Below are positions 11,904 through 22,503 of a DNA stretch of 64,000 nt, one piece after another. Within the stretch, counting starts at the first letter, position 1; every line of letters begins with the position of its first letter. The stretch is from positions 868,001 to 932,000 of the forward strand of contig OZ251243.1 in the NCBI GenBank assembly GCA_965240325.2, in the 5' to 3' direction. This DNA comes from Rebecca billardiae RCC1528. Lineage: Eukaryota; Protista; Haptophyta. The translations under genes were made by a program, and so were the position numbers. A model generated the notes under the pieces. That model ran no database searches and was not told the origin of the DNA. It saw only the letters and a program-made list of their open reading frames with translations.

Positions 11904-14435
11904 ATGGTCAAACCCGAGTGTGATCACGCAGGCTGCACCACGCAGCCCTCATTCGGCATGCCGGGCGATGCGCGCGCCAGCCGGTGCGCTGAGCACAAGC
12001 TGGCCGGCATGGTCGACTTGAGGTACCGCAAGTGTGATCACGCAGGCTGCACCAAGGGGCCTTCGTTCGGCATGCCGGGCGACGCGCGCGCCAGCCGGTG
12101 CGCTGAGCACAAGCTGGCCGGCATGGTCGACGTGATGAACCGCAAGTGTGATCACGCAGGCTGCACCACGCGGCCCTCATTCGGCATTCCGGGCGACTCG
12201 CGCGCCAGCCGGTGCGCTGAACACAAGCTGGCCGGCATGGTCGACTTGGTGCACCCCAAGTGCGATCACGCGGGCTGCACCAAGGGGCCTTCGTTCGGCA
12301 TGCCGGGCGATGCGCGCGCCAGCCGGTGCGCTGAGCACAAGCTGGCCGGCATGGTCGACGTGAAGAGCCGCAAGTGTGATCACGCAGGCTGCACCAAGTG
12401 GCCTTCGTTCGGCATGCCGGGCGACGCGCGCGCCAGCTGGTGCGCTGAGCACAAGCTAGCCGGCATGGTCGACTTGAGGAAGCCCGAGTGTGATCACACA
12501 GGCTGCACCAAGTGGCCTTCGCTTGGCATGCCGGGCGACGCGCGCGCCAGCCGATGCGTGGAGCACAAGCTGGCTGGCATGGTCCGCTTGAAGAAGAAGG
12601 CAGAGTGTGATCACGCAGGCTGCACCAAGCAGCCTTCGTTCGGCATGCCGGGCGACGCGCGCGCCAGCCGATGCGCTGAGCACAAGCTGGCCGGCATGGT
12701 CGACGTGAAGAGCCGCAAGTGTGATCACGCAGGCTGCACCAAGTGGCCTTCGTTCGGCATGCCGGGCGACGCGCGCGCCAGCTGGTGCGTAGAGCACAAG
12801 CTGGCTGGCATGGTCCGCTTGAAGAAGAAGGCAGAGTGTGATCACGCAGGCTGTACCAAGGGGCCTTCGTTCGGCATGCCGGGCGACTCGCGCGCCAGCC
12901 GGTGCGCTGAGCACAAGCTGGCCGGCATGGTCGACGTGAAGAGCCGCAAGTGTGATCACGCAGGCTGCACCAAGTGGCCTTCGTTCGGCATGCCGGGCGA
13001 CTCGCGCGCCAGCCGGTGCGTGGAGCACAAGCTGGCTGGCATGGTCCGCTTGAAGAAGGAGGCAGAGTGTGATCACGCAGGCTGTACCAAGGGGCCTTCG
13101 TTCGGCATGCCGGGCGACGCGCGCGCCAGCTGGTGCGCTGAGCACAAGCTGGCCGGCATGGTCGACGTGAAGAGCCGCAAGTGTGATCACGCAGGCTGCA
13201 CCAAGTGGCCTTCGTTCGGCATGCCGGGCGACGCGCGCGCCAGCCGGTGCGTGGAGCACAAGCTGGCTGGCATGGTCCGCTTGAAGAAGAAGGCAGAGTG
13301 TGATCACGCAGGCTGCACCAAGGGGCCTTCGTTCGGCATGCCGGGCGACTCGCGCGCCAGCCGGTGCGCTGAGCACAAGCTGGCCGGCATGGTCGACTTG
13401 GTGCACCCCAAGTGCGATCACGCGGGCTGCACCAAGGTGCCTTCGTACGGCATGCCGGGCGACGCGCGCGCCAGCTGGTGCGCTGAGCACAAGCTGGCCG
13501 GCATGGTCGACTTGAGGAACCGCAAGTGTGATCACGCAGGCTGCACCAAGTGGCCTTCGTTCGGCATGCCGGGCGACGCGCGCGCCAGCTGGTGCGCTGA
13601 GCACAAGCTAGCCGGCATGGTCGACTTAAGGAAGCCCGAGTGTGATCACACAGGCTGCACCAAGTGGCCTTCGCTTGGCATGCCGGGCGACGCGCGCGCC
13701 AGCCGGTGCGTGGAGCACAAGCTGGCTGGCATGGTCCGCTTGAAGAAGAAGGCAGAGTGTGATCACGCAGGCTGCACCAAGCAGCCTTCGTTCGGCATGC
13801 CGGGCGACGCGCGCGCCAGCCGGTGCGCTGAGCACAAGCTGGCCGGCATGGTCGACGTGGTGAGCCGCAAGTGTGATCACGCAGGCTGCACCACGCGGCC
13901 CTCATTCGGCATTCCGGGCGACTCGCGCGCCAGCTGGTGCGCTGAGCACAAGCTGGCCGGCATGGTCGACGTGAAGAGCCGCAAGTGTGATCACGCCGGC
14001 TGCACCAAGGGGCCTTCGTTCGGCATGCCGGGCGATGCGCGCGCCAGCCGGTGCGCTGAGCACAAGCTGGCCGGCATGGTCGACGTGAAGAGCCGCAAGT
14101 GTGATCACGCCGGCTGCACCAAGTGGCCTTCGTTCGGCATGCCGGGCGACGCGCGCGCCAGCCGGTGCGCTGCGCACAAGCTGGCCGGCATGGTCGAGTA
14201 CAACGTGGCAAGCAAACGGAGACTGGAGCGCGTCTCGAGCGTCGACCACGTGATGAGCACCGCCAAGCGACAGCGGAAGCGCACCGGCGGCGCAGCCGAA
14301 GTTTCTGGCGGTGGTGTCACGCAGGCTGCGCCTCCGCGGTCGCCGCAGCCGCCGCCGGCGCCGCCGGTCACGCGACCTGTTGTGATGGCCAGAAGGGTGG
14401 CGTCGCGCGTCGCGGTTCGGTCCGTCACTGAGTAG
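11904..14435 (+). CDS. EsV-1-7-type cysteine-rich (C-x4-C-x16-C-x2-H) tandem-repeat protein, 20 units, C-terminal basic NLS
   Basis: Intronless ORF; unit CDHAGCTKxPSFGMPGDARASxCAEHKLAGMVDxxxxK matches the EsV-1-7 motif as I know it; tail KRRLER...AKRQRKR. Confidence 0.85.
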   Translation: MVKPECDHAGCTTQPSFGMPGDARASRCAEHKLAGMVDLRYRKCDHAGCTKGPSFGMPGDARASRCAEHKLAGMVDVMNRKCDHAGCTTRPSFGIPGDSRASRCAEHKLAGMVDLVHPKCDHAGCTKGPSFGMPGDARASRCAEHKLAGMVDVKSRKCDHAGCTKWPSFGMPGDARASWCAEHKLAGMVDLRKPECDHTGCTKWPSLGMPGDARASRCVEHKLAGMVRLKKKAECDHAGCTKQPSFGMPGDARASRCAEHKLAGMVDVKSRKCDHAGCTKWPSFGMPGDARASWCVEHKLAGMVRLKKKAECDHAGCTKGPSFGMPGDSRASRCAEHKLAGMVDVKSRKCDHAGCTKWPSFGMPGDSRASRCVEHKLAGMVRLKKEAECDHAGCTKGPSFGMPGDARASWCAEHKLAGMVDVKSRKCDHAGCTKWPSFGMPGDARASRCVEHKLAGMVRLKKKAECDHAGCTKGPSFGMPGDSRASRCAEHKLAGMVDLVHPKCDHAGCTKVPSYGMPGDARASWCAEHKLAGMVDLRNRKCDHAGCTKWPSFGMPGDARASWCAEHKLAGMVDLRKPECDHTGCTKWPSLGMPGDARASRCVEHKLAGMVRLKKKAECDHAGCTKQPSFGMPGDARASRCAEHKLAGMVDVVSRKCDHAGCTTRPSFGIPGDSRASWCAEHKLAGMVDVKSRKCDHAGCTKGPSFGMPGDARASRCAEHKLAGMVDVKSRKCDHAGCTKWPSFGMPGDARASRCAAHKLAGMVEYNVASKRRLERVSSVDHVMSTAKRQRKRTGGAAEVSGGGVTQAAPPRSPQPPPAPPVTRPVVMARRVASRVAVRSVTE
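11919..14196 (+). repeat. Coding minisatellite, 20 x 114/117 bp
   Basis: Repeated tgtgatcacgcaggctgcacc...gagcacaagctggccggcatggtc at high identity. Confidence 0.97.
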
Positions 14436-15236
14436 ATCAGTAAGTGCCTACTGCTAGGCTGAGTTCTGCTTGCTGGCCCTGGCGGGCCGGCTGCAGAGCC
14501 AGAAGGCCTCAGTGGGACCTGACCTGGCCGTCGGCCCTGGCCAATCATCATGGGCGGACTCGTATTCGTACTACTCGCGGCGGAGCCGGCGGACTGCCAT
14601 CAAAGGAATCAAGAACCCTCCTTGATTCCTTTGCTGCCATGCTGCAATACAGCCATGCTAGCATGGTCTAGCTGAGGCTCACTGATGAATAATAATAATT
14701 ATAATAATAATAACATTTATCGGACGAATTAAATAAATAAAACGGCCCGCCATATATATATATTAACGACGTGGTATGCAACGGGCAGGCGTCAGAGTCA
14801 GCAAGCTGTAGCAGCAGATATATAATAACTGATTTCACGTTGCTGATAGCAGATATTGTCACTGTCACTAGTGTCAGAGCGGACGCGCAGACGCAGTGAT
14901 CGCCGATCGGGCACTGCACGGGCCACGTGCCGTCGCCGCCCATGCCGTGGCAAGCACGAGCCTGCCGGAGAGCCGCGAGGTACGCCGTCAGTCCGATCAG
15001 GAATTGGACGGGCTGGCGCTGTGGAGACTGGAGAACAACGCTGCCCTCCGCCCATTGCTCATGTAGTCATGAGTGCCCGGCGCACTTCCTGGGACCATAT
15101 GAGGCTCACGCCGTGAGGGGATGATTTGGGACTCCAGGAACAGGGAGCAAGGGGCTCTCGCGCTGGACGGCCATGGCACAAGGGCAAAAGGTGTCGCCCG
15201 CAGCCACGATCACCATCACGCGCCGTAGCCAGCCGC

Positions 15237-15653
15237 TCAGCGCAGCTTCTTCACGCCACGCACAGCTGCCGCCTCAGAACGAGTCACCTTGCCGTCATCG
15301 TTGAGGTCGGCCGCTGACACGGTGACGTGTGCGGCGCGCGCCTCCTTGCGCGTCACCTTGCCATCGGCGTTCGAATCCGCGCCAGCACCACGCTTCGAGG
15401 CCGCCTTTTTCGGCGGCGCCTTCTTGGGCGAGGCCTTTTTCGGCGACGCCTTCTTCGGCGACGCCACCTTCTTGGGCGATGCCTTTTTGGGGGACGCGGC
15501 CTTCGTGGCGGCGGGCTTCTTGGCCGGCGCCTTCTTGCTCGCGGGCTTCTTGGCGATCACCGCCTTGGGCTTGGCGGCCGCCTTGGCCTTGCCCGCGGAT
15601 GCCTTCTTCGCGGCCGGCTTCGCCGGCTTCGCGGCAGCCTTCTTCGGCGCCAT
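15237..15653 (-). CDS. Histone H1-like Lys/Ala/Pro-rich protein with two EF-hand loops
   Basis: [12 protein letters not shown]..., five SPKK motifs, then [12 protein letters not shown] and [12 protein letters not shown]; AAC-rich leader upstream of the ATG. Confidence 0.75.
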   Translation of the reverse strand: MAPKKAAAKPAKPAAKKASAGKAKAAAKPKAVIAKKPASKKAPAKKPAATKAASPKKASPKKVASPKKASPKKASPKKAPPKKAASKRGAGADSNADGKVTRKEARAAHVTVSAADLNDDGKVTRSEAAAVRGVKKLR

Positions 15654-15724
15654 GGTTTTTTGTTGTTGACGATTTTCAAATGGGCCGTTTCGTCTGCGGA
15701 ACGGTGTTGATGTTTATCCCCACA

Positions 15725-15860
15725 ATCTCGCCTGCCTGAGCTGCTGTGTGAGTGTTTTTTAAAATTCCCCTTTATAACGGGCTCCGGGTGATCAGGCTGG
15801 CGGCCGAAGCCTCCAGCCCTACAGTTTACTATGTTTTAACGTGCACACCACCCTGGCCAG
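15725..15860 (+). repeat. Dispersed ~100-bp hairpin-containing repeat, copy 1 (interrupted by a 27-bp TIR)
   Basis: ATCTCGCCTGCCTGAGCTG...AAAATTCCCCTTTATAACGGGCTCCGGGTGATCAGGCTGGCGGCCGAAGCCTCCAGCCCTA, shared with 42772-42872. Confidence 0.85.
15822..15848 (+). mobile_element. Solo Tc1/mariner-like TIR (TA|CAGTTTACTATGTTTTAACGTGCACAC)
   Basis: Follows TA and begins CAGT; identical inverted copy at 55524-55550; diverged copy at 16441-16466. Confidence 0.65.
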
Positions 15861-15870
15861 TGTGTGCGTC

Positions 15871-17718
15871 TCATGGCGCACGGCCCCCCCGAAAGGTCTG
15901 AGCGTGAGCGAAAGCCGGGGGGGGGGGCGGCGCACGTGCTCCGCAAAATCAAAAAGAGGATGCGCGCAGGATTTTGGGGCATTTTTGTGGGTGGCCTTGC
16001 GTACGTATGAGTGGATTTCGCTGCCAATGATTGCGTTTGTAGTAGATGCTAATTTTAACGATAGTAACACTTAGGGGAATGCCGGGTGGAATAGCACATA
16101 ACACCAGCCGTGTGTTCGAACATTCCGTCATAGTAAGATGCTTGAATTGTAAGAGCCTGAAACAGCTCGCCAACCATAGAAAAGAGAGGTTGAGTCAGAT
16201 TTTATGTCGCTTGAAGTAAAGAATTATTATCATTATGCCGGCATCTGAAGTCATGATTCATGAACCGTCGCTTCTCAGTGGCGGATATCATCAGGTTATA
16301 AGGCCGTTAACTCGTTAAGCCCCTTGTTAAAAGCCCCTTGATTACCCTTGATTCATACACGGGTAATATCTTTTAAAGCCGGAAGGCGCTCAAAATACCC
16401 AAGTGGGCACTGGGTGCCGGGTGGCCCGCAAAGTAAAGTACAGTTTACTATTATTAACGTGCACACTTGGTTAACATTTTATGGTACGAGTTAACGAACC
16501 GTCACTTCTGGCGGGCTCTCTGGTCGCGAACAGTCACGATCCAACCAACTGCCGGCACTACGTGCGCGATCGCGTGGGGCGATCGCGTGGGGCGCGACGG
16601 CGTGCAGCGGAAGCGCCCGAAGCGGAGGCGTCGGGGGCGGCGGCTGAAGGGAGCGAGGGCGGTGGTGGCGGCACCGAGGACGAGGGAGGCGCGCCGAACG
16701 GCATGTCCGTCCTCACCCTCGCCATCGGCGGCCGCCCGCGCGTCACTGCGCCGCCGGCTCTCAGCCGACGACAACGCCCGCGAGTGCCGCCCACGGCGCG
16801 CGGCGGGCGCGTCACGGCAGGCGGCGGGGGCGGCGACTGCAGGGAGCGAGGGCGATGGTGGCGGCGCAGTCGAGGGAGGTGCGCCATCCGGACAGCGCGG
16901 CGGCGCGGCGCGCGGCCGAGCGCGGGAGCCTGGGCGGCAGGCGGCGGGCGCGCGGCGGGGGCATGTGCTCAGTGCTGCCCGAGAGGCTGGCGCACTCGCC
17001 CAGCGCCGCCGCGCACACCGCCGCCGACCTCGCGCGCACGACCTCCGTCAACTCCTCCGTCAGCGGCGGAGAGCGCGTCGCCTCGCCGCCCACGCTGCCG
17101 CCCAGCCGGTTCGTCATCCGAGCGCTCGCCGGGCGCGCGCGGCGTGACGCGCCGGGCCGCGGTCGCCGCCTACTAAGTGGTGGGACCGCCGCTGGGGGGC
17201 GGGGCGGGCGGAGGAGATGGCGGTGGCGAAGGAGGACGCGGTGGTGGACGTGGACGTCACGCAGTCCGGGCTGCACTGGCTCATCCACCTCCTCTCTGCA
17301 CTCGACCCACCGCCGTCACCGACGGCGCAGCAGCTGGCGGCGGCGCGACGGATGGTGGCGGGCGCGGCCGCGGCCGAGGCGGGCGCGCGCCGCGCGCGCC
17401 GCTGCGGCGGCGTGGAGCGGCGGGAGCTGAGCGGCGCGCTGCTGCACACGCAGTCGCGCTGCGCACGTGCTGCAGACGCTGTACGAGCGCGCCACCGCCG
17501 ACGCCGTCGCGCCGCCGCTGCCCCCGCCGCACCGGCACCGTCCGACCGTCCGACCGTGTCGTCACAAGCCGCGGCTGCTGCTCACATTCACATCACAAGC
17601 CGCGGCTGCTGCTCACATTCACAAGCTCACTAGCTGCGTGATGGTGACTAGCCACTAGGGCCGTGCGCCCTCAACTTCGTTGTTCACTACCCGAAGATCG
17701 GCGTAGCCGATCATATAT
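15871..17718 (+). mobile_element. Non-autonomous Helentron/Helitron2-like element, copy A
   Basis: 5' TCATGGCGCACGGCCC; subterminal inverse GGGCCGTGCGCC at 17658; hairpin GATCGGC-GTA-GCCGATC at 17696-17712 followed by ATATAT; both ends shared with 46391-48398. Confidence 0.75.
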
Positions 17719-17759
17719 TCTTAAATACTATAAACTGTGCCCTGGCGGGCGGGGGGGTC

Positions 17760-18700
17760 GGCGGGCCGTGCGGCGTGCCAGTGCTGTCGCAATGTATCCT
17801 CTGCGGGTTCGCGTCTTTCCACATTCGCTCGTGGCCGTGGGTGACGGACAGTCGAGTGCAAGGACCAGTGACACGTGAAGTTGGCTCCCCGACGTGTACA
17901 AGTCTCAGTAGTCTGTACTCTTATGCGCATCAGCGAGGCCCACACCCACGAGGGAATGTGCAGCACGCGGGGCGGGGCGGGTAGCCCGTTACTCCGCGCG
18001 AGCGCGGGTACGCGATGTATGTGCCGCATCTCGACCGCGATGGCGTAATCGAGCGCCTCATTCGCCGCCGACGAAGCCGCCAGAGTAGATCGTGTGCATG
18101 TCCTCCTGCCGCCAGCCGAGATCGGTCGTCGAGAGGATGCTTGCCGATGTCCGCTCCGGGCATGATGGGCTCGGCGCAGGTCGCGTTGACGTCGTACACG
18201 GCCGCCACGCTGAGCACGAGCGCGTTGACGTTCACGCGGTCGTCGCTCTTCGCCTTTTCGACAGGTCTGGCGCCCGCGTGTTTGGCGGCACGAGGAGCTG
18301 TTGGTTGTGCGCGCGCGCGCGCACAGCGACAGCGTGTGCCACTCGCGATCGAGATTGGGCACGAGCTGCTCACGCAGGCACACGAATCGCAGCGCATCCG
18401 TCACCGGCGTGACGACGTCCGCCTCGTCACGCAGCGCCTGCGCCATGGACGAGGATGGCGCGGCGATGTTGCATGCTCAACGATTCATCTCTTTGCGGAT
18501 GGCATCACGGGCTTGTCTGCGTCGCGCTGCGGCGAGGGTCGCCAACTCGCAAAGACGCGGTTGCTGTCACGCCGACAGACCCCGGAGGTGCGTCCGCTGC
18601 GCGTCGTACGCCGTTGGCGCTGCGCTTCCGTCGCATTGGTCACCGTCGACGCCATGCAGGCCGGACGTGGGCTTCGGCTGAGGGACCGGACCGCGAGCAA
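17760..18700 (-). pseudogene. Possible degraded coding fragment of unknown family
   Basis: Protein-like segments that alternate between frames (e.g. VNVNALVLSVAAVYDV, AANEALDYAIAVEM); no recognisable family. Confidence 0.2.
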
Positions 18701-19374
18701 TGACTGAGTCCGGTGCGCGGATTCCGGCGATCGAGTTCAGAGTTCAGAAGGCCGCGCCAAAATAATCTTGCGTCGCGTGCGATGGCGCTTCCCGCCCGCG
18801 AGACGCCTCGTGATGAGGGCTTTCTCGCACCGAGCCCGACGCGCGACGGTGGATCGCGCGAGGCGGTCATCGTGCGCAGCGCTTGATGCTATGGCCGGTG
18901 CGAGCTTTCGACGTGCACGTCGGGCGAGGATCGCCCCAGGTCTCACGATCGTGTCGACGCGCCGAGCGTACCGCTCCAAACGCGTCGATTTCGCCCCCGT
19001 TCGACCTGCACGCGAGACGACGAGGGCAGCAATCGCGAATCGGGCGAAAACACGTCTCGGGAATCCCCGCGCGATGTCCGCGCCGGCGTTGGATTTGGCG
19101 CGCGCCGCCCAGGCGCTCCGCGCCATGGCCGACCCTTTTTCGGCCGAGCGTCCCCATTGGGAGCTGCGAGGGCGCCCGGTAGTGAGCGAAGCGATTTTCT
19201 TTTCTCTGCGAGGCGATTTTCTTTTTTCTTTTCTTTTTCTTATCTTTTTCCCGGGCACTACAAGGGGCGGACCTACGGCCCGCCATATATTCGTAAACTG
19301 GAATACTGGTCGTCTACTCAAATAAAGTCCTGCCCATCAGCATCAGTGTCAGATGTCCACCACTTACTTAGACT

Positions 19375-21269
19375 TAGGTGGGCCCACAGCAATTAAAAAA
19401 TGAAAACACAATCTCTCTGGCTTTTTCGGACCGCAGCCGTGCTCTTTTCCTCGCGCTTGAAGTCCCTTTTTCCAGGCCGCCGAACTCCCGGTCCGGGAAG
19501 CCGATCGATCGCGAAAACGATGACCGGGATGGACCTGTGCGCGTCGTCAGCGCGTTGTCCGCCGCGCTTGCCCGCCTGCCATGCGAGGCACGCTGCGCCG
19601 CACGCCCGTGGCATGCTGCGTAGCCTTCTGGAACGAGCCATGCGAACGGTTCATACCTGGGTCATCTTCCCGGTCTGCCATCTCTCGCCGACAGTCGCGC
19701 GTTCAAACACGGGAACAGCTTTGGGGATTGTAATGCGTGCACAACGCGAGCTTGGGACACCCGTGAACGAACTGGGACACTCCGGGACGTTACTGGGACA
19801 GCATCTGCATGGTGTCCTGGCAATGCCCAGCTACTTCTGCGGCCCTGCGGAGGCCCGCCTCGTCGGTCAGGTCCCCGGAAGTCTGTGCGGTGTGACCGAA
19901 CGCTGTGGCTGTTCACACGATCGTGGGCACTTGGGGAAGGATCTGATGGTCAAACAGCGGTCAAAGCGGATGCGTGTGCCGTCTCTCACCTCCCCGGCCT
20001 CGACTCAACTCTCAGTGCCGACGCTCCTCAGGTGTTTGAAAGCTACGAGCCACTTGGAGGGCCTCGAGCCACACGATTGCACGAGGTCGGGCTGCGCGTC
20101 GAGCCGGGTAGATTGCAGCTGATGCGCTTGTTGAGCCCTGTCATGGCTCTACGCGTACCTCAAGAGCCTAGCTACTCCCCCGCGCGGCCGCACAGCAGTC
20201 GCCCCGCCTCTGCTTGGTCATCCGCTGTGCGCCGTGCTCGCTGCGGACAGTACAGTTGATCCGTTCAACAGTGATTTAAGCCCTTCGTGAGCCTGCCCGA
20301 GCACGTTGGCGGCGCCACCGACGCCGGTGCACGGTCAGCAGGCGTACCAGCTTACCAGTGAGCCATATCTTGCCCTGCTGCCACGCAGGAAGCGGTGATG
20401 AGTGCACATCGCTACGCGCGCGCACACCACGGCGAGCCAGCTTGGCGCTGCGACGAATCGGCCGTTGCGCACAGTTAGGCAGAGGACGGTCCAGCTGAGG
20501 ACAGCTCGGACACAGCTTGGTCGCAATGTAGAGCAACGGTTAGGTCGGAGCACGAGAAAAGGCATTCGATGCGTAGCAGTGCCTGCCTTGAACGCCACAG
20601 ATGAGCACTCGACGAACCTTGTCCGCCGTGTTCAAGCTGCGGGCTGCTGGATGTGCCCGGCGCCGCGTGCCCCACTCCTGCTTGCCTTGACCACGGCCGG
20701 CGGGCTGGCGCCGCGACTCAGTTAGGCTCAATCTTTGCCCACGGCTCCTTAAGACTCGTCCTTCGAGGGTAGAAGGGTTGGAAAAATAATTAGGTGTCAC
20801 ATGCACGCCGTACGGCTGCTACTAGAGCAGTCTGAAACAGTCTGAAATACTATGGCAGCCATGCTGATCAGCATGGCGGTGTATATATGTAACGCACGGG
20901 TATAACGGTCGTTATCCCGTATTCTCAGAGTGCCCATATACGCCGTATATGTGACAATGAGTGTGCATGCTGCTGAAGACCTATGATCAGCTCATCAAAG
21001 TGCTATATCAAAGTGACGTCTGTCGACCCTATATATCACGATTAAGACGCCCGTTACATGGTCGTTACATTGGTCACAGGCCATTTCCAATAAGTAAATA
21101 GGGTCACCGTTACGCCCTATATTTACAGCATGTACCACTGGTTTTTTTACCAGGCAGGCCAGGGGCCATCTCATGGGGCTGGAATCCAGCTCGAGACGAA
21201 AGTAAACACCGCGCTATGAGCTCGCGCTCTGCGCCACTATAATCCCACAGTAGCCAGTGGGCCCACCTA
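19375..21269 (+). mobile_element. 1.9-kb non-autonomous TIR DNA element, copy 1
   Basis: Termini TAGGTGGGCCCAC...GTGGGCCCACCTA; full-length inverted homolog at 24567-26458; no transposase motif seen. Confidence 0.85.
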
Positions 21270-22503
21270 ACTTAGTATGACTGTCCAAGTATTAGCTGAT
21301 TCAATAACTAACAGTGTCGAAGGCAACACTCTGTTGACATTACACTGTTGATACTTGTACTGAATCGTACGTCAACTCACTGAGGCGTTACTCAAGCGCG
21401 CGGCCGACTCAGTCACTCACTTGCTGTCACAATCACGACGTACCTGCTCTATAACGATTCTCTAAGCTACGGTCCCCATATACTTTGACTTTGACTTTGT
21501 AGTGATCAGACATCAGTCGGTCTCGGTACTCGAAGTCGTAACTCGTACGGTTCGCGCGTCACACTGACACTGCCGTCTGCCACTCTGCACTCAGTGCCCA
21601 GGCGCAGTCCTCACTCTGTCCTGCTCGGTGCGCGGCCCGCGCGCTGCGCCCGGCCCCGGCCCCAGCGGCCCGCCCCGGCGGCGGGCCACGGCGCCGGGCG
21701 GCCCGGGGCCGGGGCCGGCGCGGGCCGGCGGGGCCCGGGCCGGGCCCGACGGGCACGGCCGGCCGCCAGCGTGAGCGGGCTCAGCGGCGCGTCGCGCCGG
21801 GCGCCGCGTCAGCGAGTACTGAGTAGCGACGCGGCGCACGCGCCCGTTCAGCGACAGCAATCAGGCTCAGCGGTTCAGCCACTCTTCAGGACTGCTTGTC
21901 TGCTCAGTAGAACTCACATCAGCTCGAAGTGATGTGGCCTTGTCGTATTCAAATGACAAATACTGGCCGGCGCCGGAGGCGGAAAGCCGCGGAAAGTGTC
22001 GGACGCCGCAGGCGGCGGCCTGGCCTAAAGGCAACGCTAAGTTTCATATGAGATGACTGCTTATAAAAGAGTTATTCCATTTCGACGTCATCGGCATAAT
22101 TTTGATCGGCACGCATTCATTACGGAAATATGGAATAGTTCAATATATAAATAATATATACTTATATATATTATAATAATAAACTACTCATGCCGAGTGT
22201 CAGACACAGTTTGCTTGCCGCCTTGCGCACGGCCAATAAAGCCGACGATGAAAGCGCGCGCTGCCATTATCGTCAGTCTGCCCCATAGATAGCGCGGGCT
22301 CGGGCACTCGGCCTCTGCCGTCGGCGTCTGCCCTCATCTGAATGAAATGGTCAGCCCCACGGTCGTCACTCGTCAGCGGCGTGACACTGACAACCGTGGC
22401 CCAGGCCGAGTATCGCTCCGATCAATCCCAGTAGCCGTCGTCACACTTTTGCTCGAAGAGGAGCGTCAGTGCGCGTGAGCGGCGCGCATTTGCGCCGGTC
22501 CTC

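Noticed and set aside
11919-14196. CRISPR-like array
   Set aside because: Units are in-frame coding repeats of 114/117 bp, the variable parts recur rather than being unique spacers, and there are no cas genes.
15884-15930. Hammerhead ribozyme (CTGA...GAAA within a C7/G-run stem)
   Set aside because: The core needs CUGANGA but this reads CUGAGCG, and no stem III/NUH site is present.
19400-20122. 240-aa ORF (and its 247-aa counterpart at 25712-26455) as a transposase
   Set aside because: No DDE, HTH or zinc-finger motif is recognisable, and the many amino-acid differences between copies look unconstrained. A formal dN/dS test would settle it.
21630-21810. Near-pure G/C tracts (also 24470-24510 and 26590-26680) as a repeat family
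   Set aside because: Low complexity; no alignable shared sequence or termini could be established by eye.
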